DNA of 64,000 bases from the NCBI GenBank assembly GCA_052386335.1, contig JBQTKH010000015.1:3383-67382 (forward strand), read 5' to 3'. Below the pieces are notes generated by a model. It saw only the letters and a list, made by a program, of their open reading frames with translations, had not been told where the DNA came from and searched no databases. This DNA comes from Microthrixaceae bacterium (lineage in GTDB: Bacteria > Actinomycetota > Acidimicrobiia > Acidimicrobiales > VFJN01). Positions 30,495 through 40,067 of the stretch are shown piece by piece; positions within the stretch are counted from its first letter, which is position 1, and each line of letters starts with the position of its first letter. Both the position numbers and the translations under genes were made by a program.

Positions 30495-31196
30495 TCAGCG
30501 CAGCGCCTCCGCGGTGGTCGGTGGCACGGCAGGGGACAACGCTGGGTCGAACATCAGGCCCTCCCGGCGGGCCACGCGCACGGCCACGTGGATGGTGACG
30601 GCCACACCCAGGCCCATCAGGCTGAGGGACATGACCTGCTTGGCCAGCACGTACCACGTGACCGGCAGCCAGAGCAGCAACCCCATCGTCGCCATCGCGA
30701 TCGTCAGGTTGACCGCTGCCCACCACACCGTCAGGCGGCGCAGCAGCCGGACGACGTTCGGGCGGCCCAAGTGGTCCGGGGTGAGCGGGTAGAAGTCCGT
30801 CGCGAGGCGGGCCACCATGGGCCGGGCCGACCAGCACGAGCCTGCGAAGAGCGCCGAGGTGACCAGGTTGGTGAGGACGGGCTGGGCGAAGTACACGAAG
30901 CTCGACCCGGACCACACGGCCACCGCGGTGCGCACCGAGATGCCCACTGCAGCCAGGCTGACGAGGCCCGGCACGGGACGGCGTTGCACGAGACGGATGG
31001 CGACTGCGCCGTACACCCAGGCGCAGGCCACCGCGAACGCCGCCCCGAGTCCGATGAGCGTGAGCGCCAGCCAGAACAGCACCGTGGGCACGATCGACGC
31101 CTCGAGGACGTGCGGACCGGCCCGCCGCACCACCCGACCGAACACGGCCAAGCGGGCCCCGGAGATCCAGCCGACCGGCTCGCTGGTGACCTCCAT
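30495..31196 (-). CDS. polytopic membrane protein (VC0807/DUF3159-like), hypothetical
   Basis: ATG at 31196 in ORF 30495..31358. The upstream part of the ORF is read-through of tRNA-Cys. Six hydrophobic helices. Confidence 0.55.
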   Translation of the reverse strand: MEVTSEPVGWISGARLAVFGRVVRRAGPHVLEASIVPTVLFWLALTLIGLGAAFAVACAWVYGAVAIRLVQRRPVPGLVSLAAVGISVRTAVAVWSGSSFVYFAQPVLTNLVTSALFAGSCWSARPMVARLATDFYPLTPDHLGRPNVVRLLRRLTVWWAAVNLTIAMATMGLLLWLPVTWYVLAKQVMSLSLMGLGVAVTIHVAVRVARREGLMFDPALSPAVPPTTAEALR

Positions 31197-31284
31197 CGCT
31201 GCGCCTCCTGGGGGCTCGTCCGCACGAGCGATACCAGGGGCTGGAGCAGCGCTGCGAGCCAACCTACACCTGCGACCGACTGGC

Positions 31285-31359
31285 TGGAGGTGGCGGCGGG
31301 AATCGAACCCGCGTACAGGGCTTTGCAGGCCCTTGCCTAAGCCACTCGGCCACGCCACC
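31285..31359 (-). tRNA. tRNA-Cys (anticodon GCA), CCA encoded
   Basis: The reverse complement reads GGTGGCG-TG-GCCGAGTGGCTTAGGC-A-AGGGC-CTGCAAA-GCCCT-GTAC-GCGGG-TTCGATT-CCCGC-CGCCACC-T-CCA. All stems pair. Confidence 0.9.
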
Positions 31360-31432
31360 AGGGAGCGGTCACCTTAGCGCCGCGCCCCTCCGACGCCGCA
31401 TCCGTGGCAGCCCCCCGGCGCGACGCCGACCG

Positions 31433-31954
31433 TCAGAGCCGCGCGAAGACCTCGGCGACCCACACCCGACCGTCTGGTCCCGTTGCCACGCCGACGCCCA
31501 TGTGGGTGAACTCACCGCTCAGCAGGTTCTGTCGATGCTGGGGCGAGCTCGCCAAGGCATCGTGCAACGAGAGCAGCGTGTCGCCGGTGGGGTCGCTCAC
31601 GGCGACGTTCTCAGCCAGCGCCCTCCACGACAGCCCCTCGAGACCCTGCGCGAGCTGCGAGTGCGCGAGCTGGCCCGAGGCGGCCATGTGCTGGGCCCAC
31701 TGCTCGGCCTTGCGGGTGAGCGTGTCGTGCTCAGCCAGCCCGTGGACCCCCGAGGCGGCGCGCAGCGAGTTCGTCCGGTCGAGGAACGTGCGGGCCTCGG
31801 GCGACATGCAGGCGGCCGCCACGAGCGCGAGCGCGACGAGCCCGACCATGCCGACGGCGCGCCACCCCCGGGGACGAGCAGCGCGGCGCGGGCTGGCGGG
31901 TTCGCCGGTCTCGATCGCGGCGGGGACGAGGGGGGCGTGGGTGAGAACCGTCAT
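31433..31954 (-). CDS. CAP/SCP domain-containing secreted protein
   Basis: ATG at 31954 in ORF 31433..32071. A TM/signal segment is followed by a CAP domain (AEQWAQHMAASGQLAHS, ENVAVS, HRQNLL, FTHMGVGV). Confidence 0.75.
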   Translation of the reverse strand: MTVLTHAPLVPAAIETGEPASPRRAARPRGWRAVGMVGLVALALVAAACMSPEARTFLDRTNSLRAASGVHGLAEHDTLTRKAEQWAQHMAASGQLAHSQLAQGLEGLSWRALAENVAVSDPTGDTLLSLHDALASSPQHRQNLLSGEFTHMGVGVATGPDGRVWVAEVFARL

Positions 31955-32079
31955 GAGTCGGGGTGCCTCCAAGGACGTTGTCGGGGTGCCCGCCAGCTTT
32001 CGTTGCCCAATCGCAAGGTTAGACACACGATTGCAACAGTTCGCGCATCCCCGGCCCGCCGCTTGACCCAAACGATCGT

Positions 32080-33375
32080 TTGATGGACGATGGCCCGATG
32101 CCCGCCTTCCCCGCCGCTGACGCCCCTGCTCCTCCCTGCGAGATCGACGCGCTCGACCCCCGGTTCTACGACGACCCGTGGGACGCCTATCGCTGGTTGC
32201 GCACGCACAGCCCGATCCACTGGGACGCCAAGAACGAGCTGTGGGTGATCTCGCGGCACGCCGACGTGTCCCACATCTCGCGCCACCCGGAGCGGTACTC
32301 GGCGGCCGACGGCGTCCGGCCCCGCGTGGCGGCGCCGATGTCGATCATCTCCATGGACGACCCCGAGCACCCTCGGCAGCGCCGGCTCGTGAGCCGCGGC
32401 TTCACACCGGCGAAGGTGCGCGCGATCACCGACCACATCCGCGAGCTCTCGAACCAGATCATCGACGAGGTGGCCCACCGGGGTGAGCTCGACTTCGTGG
32501 AGGACTTCGCGATCCACGTCCCGCTCATCGTGATCGCGGAGATGATGGGACTCGACCCGGAGCAGCGCGGCAACCTCTACCGCTGGTCCGACGCGATGAT
32601 GGCCGGCGACTCCGCCGTCGACCCCGACGACCCGCGACTGCACGCGGCGGCGGAAGCGTTCGGCGAGTACGCGGTGATGTGCCAGGCCTTGATCGACGAG
32701 CGTCGAGCCAACCCCGGCCTGACCGACGACATCATCAGCACGCTCACCCAGGCCTTCGATGCCGGTGCGCTGGCCCGTGAGGATCGTGGGGGTGCGGCGG
32801 TCGAGGCCGACGGTCTGCTGCACGGAGAGCTCACCGACGACGAGCTGTTCATGTTCCTCGTGCTCATCGTCGTGGCAGGCAACGAGACCACTCGCAACGC
32901 GCTGACCGGAGGGCTCGTGGCCTTCTCCCAGTTCCCCGACCAGAAGCGACGCGTCATCGAGGACCCGTCCCTGTGGGACACCGCTGTCGACGAGGTCATC
33001 CGATTCGTCTCGCCGGTCCTCAGCTTCAGCCGCACGGTCACGGAGGACCACACCTACAACGGCGTCGACCTCAAAGCCGGACAGAAGGTGTTCATGCTCT
33101 ACCAGTCAGCCAACCGAGACGAGGAGGTGTTCGATGCACCGGACGAGCTCCGCGTGGATCGAAACCCGAACCCTCATCTCGCCTTTGGCATCGGCACGCA
33201 CTACTGCATGGGAGCGAACCTCGCGCGCGCGGAGGTGCGCGTGGTGTTCGAGGAGCTCTTCCGGCGACTCAGCGACATCCATGTGCCACCGGGCACCCCT
33301 CAGCAGCGCGGCGGCTCGTCACTGGTCCTGTCTCTGGAGCACCTCCCCGCCGTGTTCACTCCCCAACCTGCGTGA
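32080..33375 (+). CDS. cytochrome P450
   Basis: 431-aa ORF. I-helix AGNETT, ExxR, and heme-binding loop FGIGTHYCMGANLA. Confidence 0.9.
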   Translation: MMDDGPMPAFPAADAPAPPCEIDALDPRFYDDPWDAYRWLRTHSPIHWDAKNELWVISRHADVSHISRHPERYSAADGVRPRVAAPMSIISMDDPEHPRQRRLVSRGFTPAKVRAITDHIRELSNQIIDEVAHRGELDFVEDFAIHVPLIVIAEMMGLDPEQRGNLYRWSDAMMAGDSAVDPDDPRLHAAAEAFGEYAVMCQALIDERRANPGLTDDIISTLTQAFDAGALAREDRGGAAVEADGLLHGELTDDELFMFLVLIVVAGNETTRNALTGGLVAFSQFPDQKRRVIEDPSLWDTAVDEVIRFVSPVLSFSRTVTEDHTYNGVDLKAGQKVFMLYQSANRDEEVFDAPDELRVDRNPNPHLAFGIGTHYCMGANLARAEVRVVFEELFRRLSDIHVPPGTPQQRGGSSLVLSLEHLPAVFTPQPA

Positions 33376-33959
33376 TGGCAGCGTCCCCTACCGCCGGAAG
33401 CGATCAGCGCACCCGGATCCTCGATGCCGCCCTCGCGCTGATGAGCGAGCAGGGCGTGGCTGGCTCGTCGATGCGGCAGCTCGCCTCGGCATGCAGCCTC
33501 AACGTCGCCACCATCTACCACTACTTCCCATCGAAGGCCGACCTCCTGCGCAGCGTGATCGACGAACGCCGCTACGGCGAACGACTGCAGATCGACAGCC
33601 CGCCCATCGACCTTGCCACGCCGCCCCGGGAACGACTGGCCACCCTGCTGTCGTGGCTGTGGGCCAACGCGCTCGAAGAGGAGGCCGTGTGGCGTCTCCT
33701 GATCGGCGAGTCCATCCGGGGTGAGGCAGCGGCAGCCGCGAGCGCGGCGGCGGTCGTCGAGGCGCTCGCGGCGGCACTCGAGCAGTGGCTCGAGAACGGG
33801 TTCCCCGAGCTCCACGACGAGCCTGCTGTCGTCGCGCGCGTGATCCGCGGCCAGGTCTTCGCAATGGTCGTCGAGCACCTCGCCGTCGGGGCTGTCACCT
33901 CGACGGCCGCGCGCCAGAGGGCCGAGGACCTTGCCGGGATCGTGTTCCCCGGGAGCTGA
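33375..33959 (+). CDS. TetR family transcriptional regulator
   Basis: ATG at 33375 overlaps the P450 stop by 1 nt. HTH region: RILDAALALMSEQGVAGSSMRQLASACSLNVATIYHYFPSKADLL. Confidence 0.85.
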   Translation: MAASPTAGSDQRTRILDAALALMSEQGVAGSSMRQLASACSLNVATIYHYFPSKADLLRSVIDERRYGERLQIDSPPIDLATPPRERLATLLSWLWANALEEEAVWRLLIGESIRGEAAAAASAAAVVEALAAALEQWLENGFPELHDEPAVVARVIRGQVFAMVVEHLAVGAVTSTAARQRAEDLAGIVFPGS

Positions 33960-34049
33960 TCCTCGCTCAGCGCAGCGCGATCCCATTGGGTATCGTCGGG
34001 CCCAGCGGCCACCACCGCGCGGTGGCCGTGATCCTCTGGGGAGGCGATC

Positions 34050-35402
34050 ATGACCCTCAGCGCACCGCAAGAGCGGCACGAGGACCACGAGCGTCGCCCG
34101 GTGACCCGGGAGCTGCCGACGGGGGCCGCGGTGGAGGCGATTCGTCCACTCCTCACTCGGCTGCTGGGACACGACCCGGCGGTCACCATCGAGCTGTGGG
34201 ATGGCAGCGCGTTCGGCTCGTCCGAGGGCGTGGGCCGACTGCGCATCCGCTCTGCGGACGCGCTCCGGCGCCTCGTGTGGGCGCCTGGTGAGCTCGGCCT
34301 GGCCCGCGCCCACATCGCAGGCGACCTCGACGTGGACGGTGATGTGATCGCGGTCGTCGCCGCGCTGCGTGATGCGACCAAGAACGACCTCGGCATCGGC
34401 ATTCTGCCCGCCACGCTCCGGGCCGCACGCAGGCTCGGCGCGCTGGGCAGGCCGCTTCCACCGCCGAGCGAGGAGGCCCGGGTGCGCGGTCGTCGCCACT
34501 CGAGGCGTCGCGACGAGCAGGCGGTTCGACACCACTACGACGTGGGCAACGACTTCTACGAGCTCGTCCTCGGGCCCACGATGACCTACTCATGCGCCTA
34601 CTACGGCCACGCCAACGCCACCCTGGAGGACGCGCAGACGGCGAAGCACGACCTCATCTGTCGGAAGCTCGGGCTGCCCGACCACCCGCGAGCGCGCTTG
34701 CTGGACGTCGGCTGCGGCTGGGGCTCGATGGCGATCCACGCGGCCACCCACTACGGCGCTGCCGTCGTCGGCATCACGATCAGCCCCGAGCAGGCCCGTC
34801 GCGCGCAGGAGCGTGTGCGGGACGCGAGCGTGGACCACCTCGTGGAGATCCGGCTCCAGGACTACCGCGACCTCCACGACGAGCCGTTCGATGCGATCTC
34901 GTCGATCGGCATGTTCGAGCACGTCGGCAAGCGCCAGATGAGCGACTACTTCAGGACGTTGCGCTCGCACCTCCACCCTGAGGGCCGCCTCCTGAACCAC
35001 GCCATCTCCAGCACGAACGGGTCACGCCTCGCGGGGCGGTCCTTCACGGGGAGGTACGTGTTCCCCGACGGTGAGCTCCTCGACGTCGGTGAGGTCGTCC
35101 TGGCGATGGAGGCTGCCGGGCTCGAGGTGCGTGACGTCGAGGGGCTGCGCGAGCACTACGCGCGCACGCTCCGGGCATGGGTGGGCAACCTCGAGGAGTC
35201 GTGGGACCGAGCGGTCGAGCTCGTCGGCGAACCCCGGGCGAGGGTGTGGCGCCTCTACATGGCGGCGTCGGCAGTCGGGTTCGACGATGGCGGGGTCGCG
35301 CTGCACCAGGTTCTGGGCGTCGTGCCCTCCCCCTCGGGGGCGACCGGGATGCCCCGCACCCGAGATGCCTGGAGCGTCGCCCGCGCTACGTTGCCCGCAT
35401 GA
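34050..35402 (+). CDS. cyclopropane-fatty-acyl-phospholipid synthase family SAM-dependent methyltransferase
   Basis: HYDVGNDFYELVLGPTMTYSCAYY and SAM motif LLDVGCGWGSMAIHAA are CFA/mycolic acid cyclopropane synthase signatures. Confidence 0.85.
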   Translation: MTLSAPQERHEDHERRPVTRELPTGAAVEAIRPLLTRLLGHDPAVTIELWDGSAFGSSEGVGRLRIRSADALRRLVWAPGELGLARAHIAGDLDVDGDVIAVVAALRDATKNDLGIGILPATLRAARRLGALGRPLPPPSEEARVRGRRHSRRRDEQAVRHHYDVGNDFYELVLGPTMTYSCAYYGHANATLEDAQTAKHDLICRKLGLPDHPRARLLDVGCGWGSMAIHAATHYGAAVVGITISPEQARRAQERVRDASVDHLVEIRLQDYRDLHDEPFDAISSIGMFEHVGKRQMSDYFRTLRSHLHPEGRLLNHAISSTNGSRLAGRSFTGRYVFPDGELLDVGEVVLAMEAAGLEVRDVEGLREHYARTLRAWVGNLEESWDRAVELVGEPRARVWRLYMAASAVGFDDGGVALHQVLGVVPSPSGATGMPRTRDAWSVARATLPA

Positions 35403-35866
35403 CCGCCATCGATCTCCCCACCGCGATCCTGCGCAACGAGGCTGAGCTCCCGTTCGTCGAGCTCGGGGACGGCTCCACCCTCCAGCTCCTCCAGGTCGAC
35501 GTCGACCAAGGGCTGTGGGTCGTCCGCACCCGCTTCGCCCCCGGCATGACCGTGCAGACGCACAAGCACACCGGCTCGGTGCTCGCCTTCACGATGTCCG
35601 GGTCCTGGAAGTACCTCGAGTACCCGAACGACGTCAACCGCGCCGGCAGCTACCTGTTCGAGCCCGCCGGCTCCGTGCACACGCTGCATGTACCGGACGG
35701 CAACGACGAGATCACCGACGTGTTCTTCGCGATCCACGGTGCCAACCTCAACCTCGATCCCGACGGCAACGTCGAGATGGTGATCGACGCCGGAGGCATG
35801 CGCGACTTCTACTTCGCGATGTGCGAGGCCGCCGGCCACCCGAACCCACCGGTCATCGGCACCTGA
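35399..35866 (+). CDS. cupin domain protein (ChrR / 2,4'-dihydroxyacetophenone dioxygenase-like)
   Basis: ATG at 35399 overlaps the CFA synthase stop (ATGA). Cupin His motif HKHTGSVLAFTMSGSW...EPAGSVHTL. Confidence 0.6.
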   Translation: MTAIDLPTAILRNEAELPFVELGDGSTLQLLQVDVDQGLWVVRTRFAPGMTVQTHKHTGSVLAFTMSGSWKYLEYPNDVNRAGSYLFEPAGSVHTLHVPDGNDEITDVFFAIHGANLNLDPDGNVEMVIDAGGMRDFYFAMCEAAGHPNPPVIGT

Positions 35867-35925
35867 GCTAGCCGTTGCCCCTGGGCGGGTGACGCCGCTG
35901 CGAGGCTCGGAGGTAAGGTCGAGTC

Positions 35926-36309
35926 GTGTCGATGCGGGTGATGATCGCCGATGATGACGAGGACATGCGCGAGCTGTTGCGCATGGTGCTGGTCAGCGCG
36001 TCCTACACCGTCGTGGGCGCTGCAACCGATGGCGACGAGGCCCTCGAGATGTGGCGTCGCGAGCGGGGCAACGGCGTGTGCGCCGTGATCCTCGACCAGC
36101 GCATGCCCGGGAAGTACGGGGTCGAGGTGGCCAAGGCCATCCTCGACGAAGATCCGCACCAGGCCGTGGTGCTGCTGAGCGCGTTCATCGATGCGGCCAC
36201 CGAGCATGAGGCGATCACCGCCGGCATCATCGCGTGCATCCCCAAGCAGGACGTGCTCGCGATGCCCGCCCACCCCGCGCTGCGTCACGCCTGCACCGAG
36301 AGCGACTGA
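35926..36309 (+). CDS. stand-alone response regulator receiver domain protein
   Basis: 127-aa ORF. VMIADDDEDMRELL, the phospho-acceptor region VILDQRMPG, and KQD near the C-terminus. No output domain. Confidence 0.8.
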   Translation: MSMRVMIADDDEDMRELLRMVLVSASYTVVGAATDGDEALEMWRRERGNGVCAVILDQRMPGKYGVEVAKAILDEDPHQAVVLLSAFIDAATEHEAITAGIIACIPKQDVLAMPAHPALRHACTESD

Positions 36310-36358
36310 CCGAGCGCGCCACCGCCAAGAGCCGCTACTGGCCACGGCTCTCGTAGCC

Positions 36359-36397
36359 CCACCTTTCGGCGGGGGTTGTCGTCCCGCCCGAAGGTGG
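36359..36397. terminator. strong GC hairpin after the receiver gene (putative terminator)
   Basis: CCACCTTTCGGCGGG ... CCCGCCCGAAGGTGG form near-perfect ~14-bp arms. A second, 7-bp-stem hairpin AGAGCCG/CGGCTCT precedes it. Confidence 0.45.
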
Positions 36398-36464
36398 TGG
36401 TGGCACCATTGGAGATCGGGAGCTGAGGTGGTGAGATACGCCCGATGACCGGGCAGGTGACGCC

Positions 36465-38855
36465 ATGACCGCTGTGGCGTATCGGTTCCGTTCCGAGCTC
36501 CGCGATCGTTGGCGGTCGTGGATCGCTGTCGCGCTCGTGATCGGGCTGGCGGGCGGCGTGGTGCTCGCGCTGCTGGCAGGGGCGCGACGAACGGACGACG
36601 CATACCCGCGGTTCCTGCGCACCAACGACGCCTACGACGTGCTGCTCGTCAGCGGCATTCCCGGGCTCTTCGAGTTCGCACCGCTGGATCTGGATGAGAT
36701 CGCACATCGCAGCGAGGTGAGCGACGCGACCCCGTTGCGTGTCGTCGCGATGACCGGCACTGCCCCTGATGGCACCCTGATCACACCGGGGTCGGCGAAC
36801 TTCGGAGGCGACCCGACTGGTCGTTACGGCATTGAGCTGAACCGGTTCAAGGTGCTGGAGGGTCGGCTCCCAGATCCCGACCGACCGGATGAGGTGGTCG
36901 TCGGGTTCCCAACGGTGGACGAGGTCGCACTATCCGTCGGTGACACCCTCCGGGTCAACGTCCTCGACGCCGCAGAGGCGGGCGCCGTCTTCAGTGGGCA
37001 GACGACCTTCGACCGGTTGGCCACCACTGGGCCGCTGCAGGACCTCGAGGTGGTCGGAATCGTCGCGGAGCCGAACGGGTTCCCTCCCGCCTCCGATCCG
37101 ACGGTGGACCTCGCGTTCATCTATGTCACTCCATCCCTGCTCGCGCGCAACCCGGAGGCGATGGGTGTGGACGCGCTGGCCGTGCGTCTCGTGGGCGGTG
37201 CCGCGGCCGGCAGTGCGCTCATCGCGAGCCTGCAGGAGGCAGCCGGCGACCTGCCGGTCTCCGCAGCTACCAGCGCACAGCAAACCGCGTCCGTCCAGCG
37301 TGCGCTGGCCCCGTTGAGCAGTGCGTTACGAGTGGCGGGCGCCCTTGCCGCGCTCGTCGCCGCGCTCGTGGTGGGACAGCTCCTCTCACGCCAGGCGTTC
37401 GTCGACGGCGCCGACGCGCCGACGCTCCGCTCTCTAGGCTGCACCCGACGCGACCGCACAGCCCTGCGGTTGATGAAGGCGGCCGCGATCGGCACGATCG
37501 GGGCCGCGACGGCCGCCCTCGTTGCGATCGCACTGTCCGCATTGTTCCCCGTCGGGCTCGCCAGGAAGGCCGAGCCCGATCCGGGCATCCTCATCGACGT
37601 GTTCGTGCTCTCGCTGGGGTTTGCTGCCATCCTCGTCACGACGCTCTGCCTCGGGGGGCTCACCGCTCTGGGAGGCGCGACCGGCCCCACCGCGGCCCAC
37701 GCCGAGCTCGAGTGGGCCGCGCCCGGACGTGTTCGGCGTGCGGCCGGTGTGATCCAAACCGCCGCGCCGGGCCCCACCTCGCTCGCAGGTACGAGCATGA
37801 CTGCGGGTCAGCGGGGGACCGCCGGTGCGGTCGTCGGGGTAGCGCTCGGCCTGCTGACCGTCATGGGGATGCTGACGTTCGTCGCAAGCCTGCATCGCCT
37901 GCGGGAGTCTCCCGCGCTCTATGGCTGGACGTGGGACCTCATCGTTGGCGGCGACTTCGGCGAACCCCTCGACGAGGGGGACATCGAGGAGCTGGCTCAT
38001 GACCAGCGGATTCGAAGCATGGATGTCGGGGCCTATGCCGACCTCGAGCTCCTCGGTCGCCCGGTTCGCGCGCTGGCCCTCGATCCTCGCGTCGGGTCGC
38101 TGCAACCAGCGGTGGTGGACGGGCGCGCCCCGCACGGCCGTCAGGAGGTCGTGCTCGCACCCGGTGAAGCCACCGAGCTGGCGTTGGGTGAAGCGACACG
38201 CGCTCGGGCCGGACCCAGCTCAGTGGAGGTCACGGTGGTGGGACGGGCCGCGCTCCCCGGGGTGGACATACTCGTGCCATTCGACGCCTTGCAGGGGCTC
38301 GGGCTGGACATCTCCCCGCAGCTGGTGGCGATCACGCTGGTCGAAGGCACCGACGTCGACGCCTTCGGCCGGCGGGCGACGGCAGCGCTCGGTCTCACGC
38401 CCGACAACCTGGAGCGAGCGGAGCTGCCGCAGGATCTCGTGAACTTCGGACAGGCCGACTCGGCACCGCTGATCGTGGCCGCACTGATGGCGCTCGTTGC
38501 GGTGGGCACGCTGCTGCACGCCTTGCTCACCGCTGTCCAGCGGGAGCGACGCACGCTGGCGGTGCTCCGAACGCTCGGCTTCACGCGGCGCCAGCTTCTC
38601 GCAGCCGTTGCGTGGCAGTCGTCGCTCCTCGTCGGCGCCGCGGTGGTCCTGGCTGTTCCGATCGGAGTCGCCACGGGCCGGTGGTTGTGGCTGACCGTCG
38701 CGCAGGGACTCGGGGTGGTTCCCAAGGCGGTCATCCCCCCGGTGGCGCTGGCGATCACCGTCGCCGCCGCGCTGCTCGTGGGCACCGTCGTCGCAGGCAT
38801 ACCAGCGTGGCGCGGGTGGCGAGTTGCCCCCGCGGACACACTCCGAGCCGACTGA
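36465..38855 (+). CDS. ABC transporter permease with two FtsX domains (MacB/YbbP-like)
   Basis: 796-aa ORF. Each half has an N-terminal TM helix, a large extracytoplasmic domain and three TMs. The C-terminal LRTLGFTRRQL motif is typical of FtsX. No ATPase gene is adjacent. Confidence 0.8.
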   Translation: MTAVAYRFRSELRDRWRSWIAVALVIGLAGGVVLALLAGARRTDDAYPRFLRTNDAYDVLLVSGIPGLFEFAPLDLDEIAHRSEVSDATPLRVVAMTGTAPDGTLITPGSANFGGDPTGRYGIELNRFKVLEGRLPDPDRPDEVVVGFPTVDEVALSVGDTLRVNVLDAAEAGAVFSGQTTFDRLATTGPLQDLEVVGIVAEPNGFPPASDPTVDLAFIYVTPSLLARNPEAMGVDALAVRLVGGAAAGSALIASLQEAAGDLPVSAATSAQQTASVQRALAPLSSALRVAGALAALVAALVVGQLLSRQAFVDGADAPTLRSLGCTRRDRTALRLMKAAAIGTIGAATAALVAIALSALFPVGLARKAEPDPGILIDVFVLSLGFAAILVTTLCLGGLTALGGATGPTAAHAELEWAAPGRVRRAAGVIQTAAPGPTSLAGTSMTAGQRGTAGAVVGVALGLLTVMGMLTFVASLHRLRESPALYGWTWDLIVGGDFGEPLDEGDIEELAHDQRIRSMDVGAYADLELLGRPVRALALDPRVGSLQPAVVDGRAPHGRQEVVLAPGEATELALGEATRARAGPSSVEVTVVGRAALPGVDILVPFDALQGLGLDISPQLVAITLVEGTDVDAFGRRATAALGLTPDNLERAELPQDLVNFGQADSAPLIVAALMALVAVGTLLHALLTAVQRERRTLAVLRTLGFTRRQLLAAVAWQSSLLVGAAVVLAVPIGVATGRWLWLTVAQGLGVVPKAVIPPVALAITVAAALLVGTVVAGIPAWRGWRVAPADTLRAD

Positions 38856-38939
38856 CCAGCGCGTCACGCCCTCTGACCGAGACTTGGTTGGGGCGGATGA
38901 CCAAGTTCGAACGTCAGGCAGGTGCTCGGGTGCGCGGCC

Positions 38940-39983
38940 TCACAGGTCGTGGCCGTGGCGATGGTGGACGTCGGACACGTGTGCGTGGGCATGGGTGGTC
39001 GGGAGGTGGGCGTGGAGATGGCTGTGCTCGTCGACGAGCTCCTCGTGCACATGGTCGTGGTGACCGTCGTCGTGGCGGTGCCGGTGGTCGTGGTCGATCG
39101 CGACGTGCGTGTGGGTGTGGTGGTGACGCTCGGTCAGGAGGAGGTAGACGCCGAGACCCATCGCGCCCATGGACGCGGCCTCCGTGGAGCTCACCGTCTC
39201 ACCGAGCACCATCACGGCGGCGGCGACCCCGAACAGCGGCGCTGTTCCAAAGTAGGCGGACTCACGTGCGGCGCCCACCCATCGCAGCGCGTAGGCGTCG
39301 AGCACGACGCTCGCTCCGTATGCAGCGCCTCCGAGCGCGAGCGCTGCGATCAGGACGCCCGCGGCCGGACGGGTGGCGCCAAGTCCGACGGCCAGAGACA
39401 GGTTCACGGATCCGGCCACGGCAGCCTTCACTCGCACGATCGCGAAGGGATCGCGGGTGCTGAGACGCTGCGTCAGGTTGTTGTCGATCGCCCAGCACAC
39501 GCAGGCGGCTGCGATGTACGCGATCCCAGCGGCGTCAGAGCGAGACTCACCGCCACTTAGACCGAGGACGGCGGCTGCGCCGACGACCGCAGCTGCCCCG
39601 ACACCCGCGCGGCGGCTGAGGTGCTCACCGAAGATGACCAGGGCCAGCGCCAAGGTGGTGACGGCCTCGAGGTTGAGGAGCAGGGAGGCCGCGACGCCCG
39701 ACACCCGTTCCAGTCCGACCAGCAGGAGCAGTGGTGCGATCACACCGCCAGCGAGCGTCACCACGGCGAGCGTGGGCCCGTCGCTCAGGCGGAGTCGGGC
39801 CTCGACTGGGCTCCGACGGATCGCCAAGGTGGCCGTCAGAGCCGCCGCGGCACCGAGGTAGAGGAGCCCGGCGAGGAGCTGAGGCGACACGTCACCGACG
39901 AGCTGCTTGGCGAGCGGGGTCGACGCACCGAACAGCGTGGCCGCGGAGATCCCCGCCACGGCCCCTCGAGTCGACCCATCCAT
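38940..39983 (-). CDS. EamA/DMT family transporter with a ~60-aa His-rich C-terminal tail
   Basis: ATG at 39983 in ORF 38940..40112. The upstream ORF part is read-through of the tRNA-Gly fragment. Ten hydrophobic helices are followed by RHHHTHTHVAIDHDHRHRHDDGHHDHVHEELVDEHSHLHAHLPTTHAHAHVSDVHHRHGHDL. Confidence 0.75.
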   Translation of the reverse strand: MDGSTRGAVAGISAATLFGASTPLAKQLVGDVSPQLLAGLLYLGAAAALTATLAIRRSPVEARLRLSDGPTLAVVTLAGGVIAPLLLLVGLERVSGVAASLLLNLEAVTTLALALVIFGEHLSRRAGVGAAAVVGAAAVLGLSGGESRSDAAGIAYIAAACVCWAIDNNLTQRLSTRDPFAIVRVKAAVAGSVNLSLAVGLGATRPAAGVLIAALALGGAAYGASVVLDAYALRWVGAARESAYFGTAPLFGVAAAVMVLGETVSSTEAASMGAMGLGVYLLLTERHHHTHTHVAIDHDHRHRHDDGHHDHVHEELVDEHSHLHAHLPTTHAHAHVSDVHHRHGHDL

Positions 39984-40067
39984 GTCGTCAGTCTGCCGCC
40001 GCGCTCGACAACCGGAGGGCACGGGCGGGACCCAGGGCATACCGCCCACCGGTCCTACCTGCATGTT

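Noticed and set aside
38864-39560. Repetitive-looking DNA and the plus-strand ORFs 38922..39560 and 38612..39463 near the EamA 3' end, considered as a possible repeat array.
   Set aside because: The repetitiveness is the coding sequence of the His-rich tail (CAC/GAC codons) read on the opposite strand. There is no spacer-repeat organisation, so it is not CRISPR.
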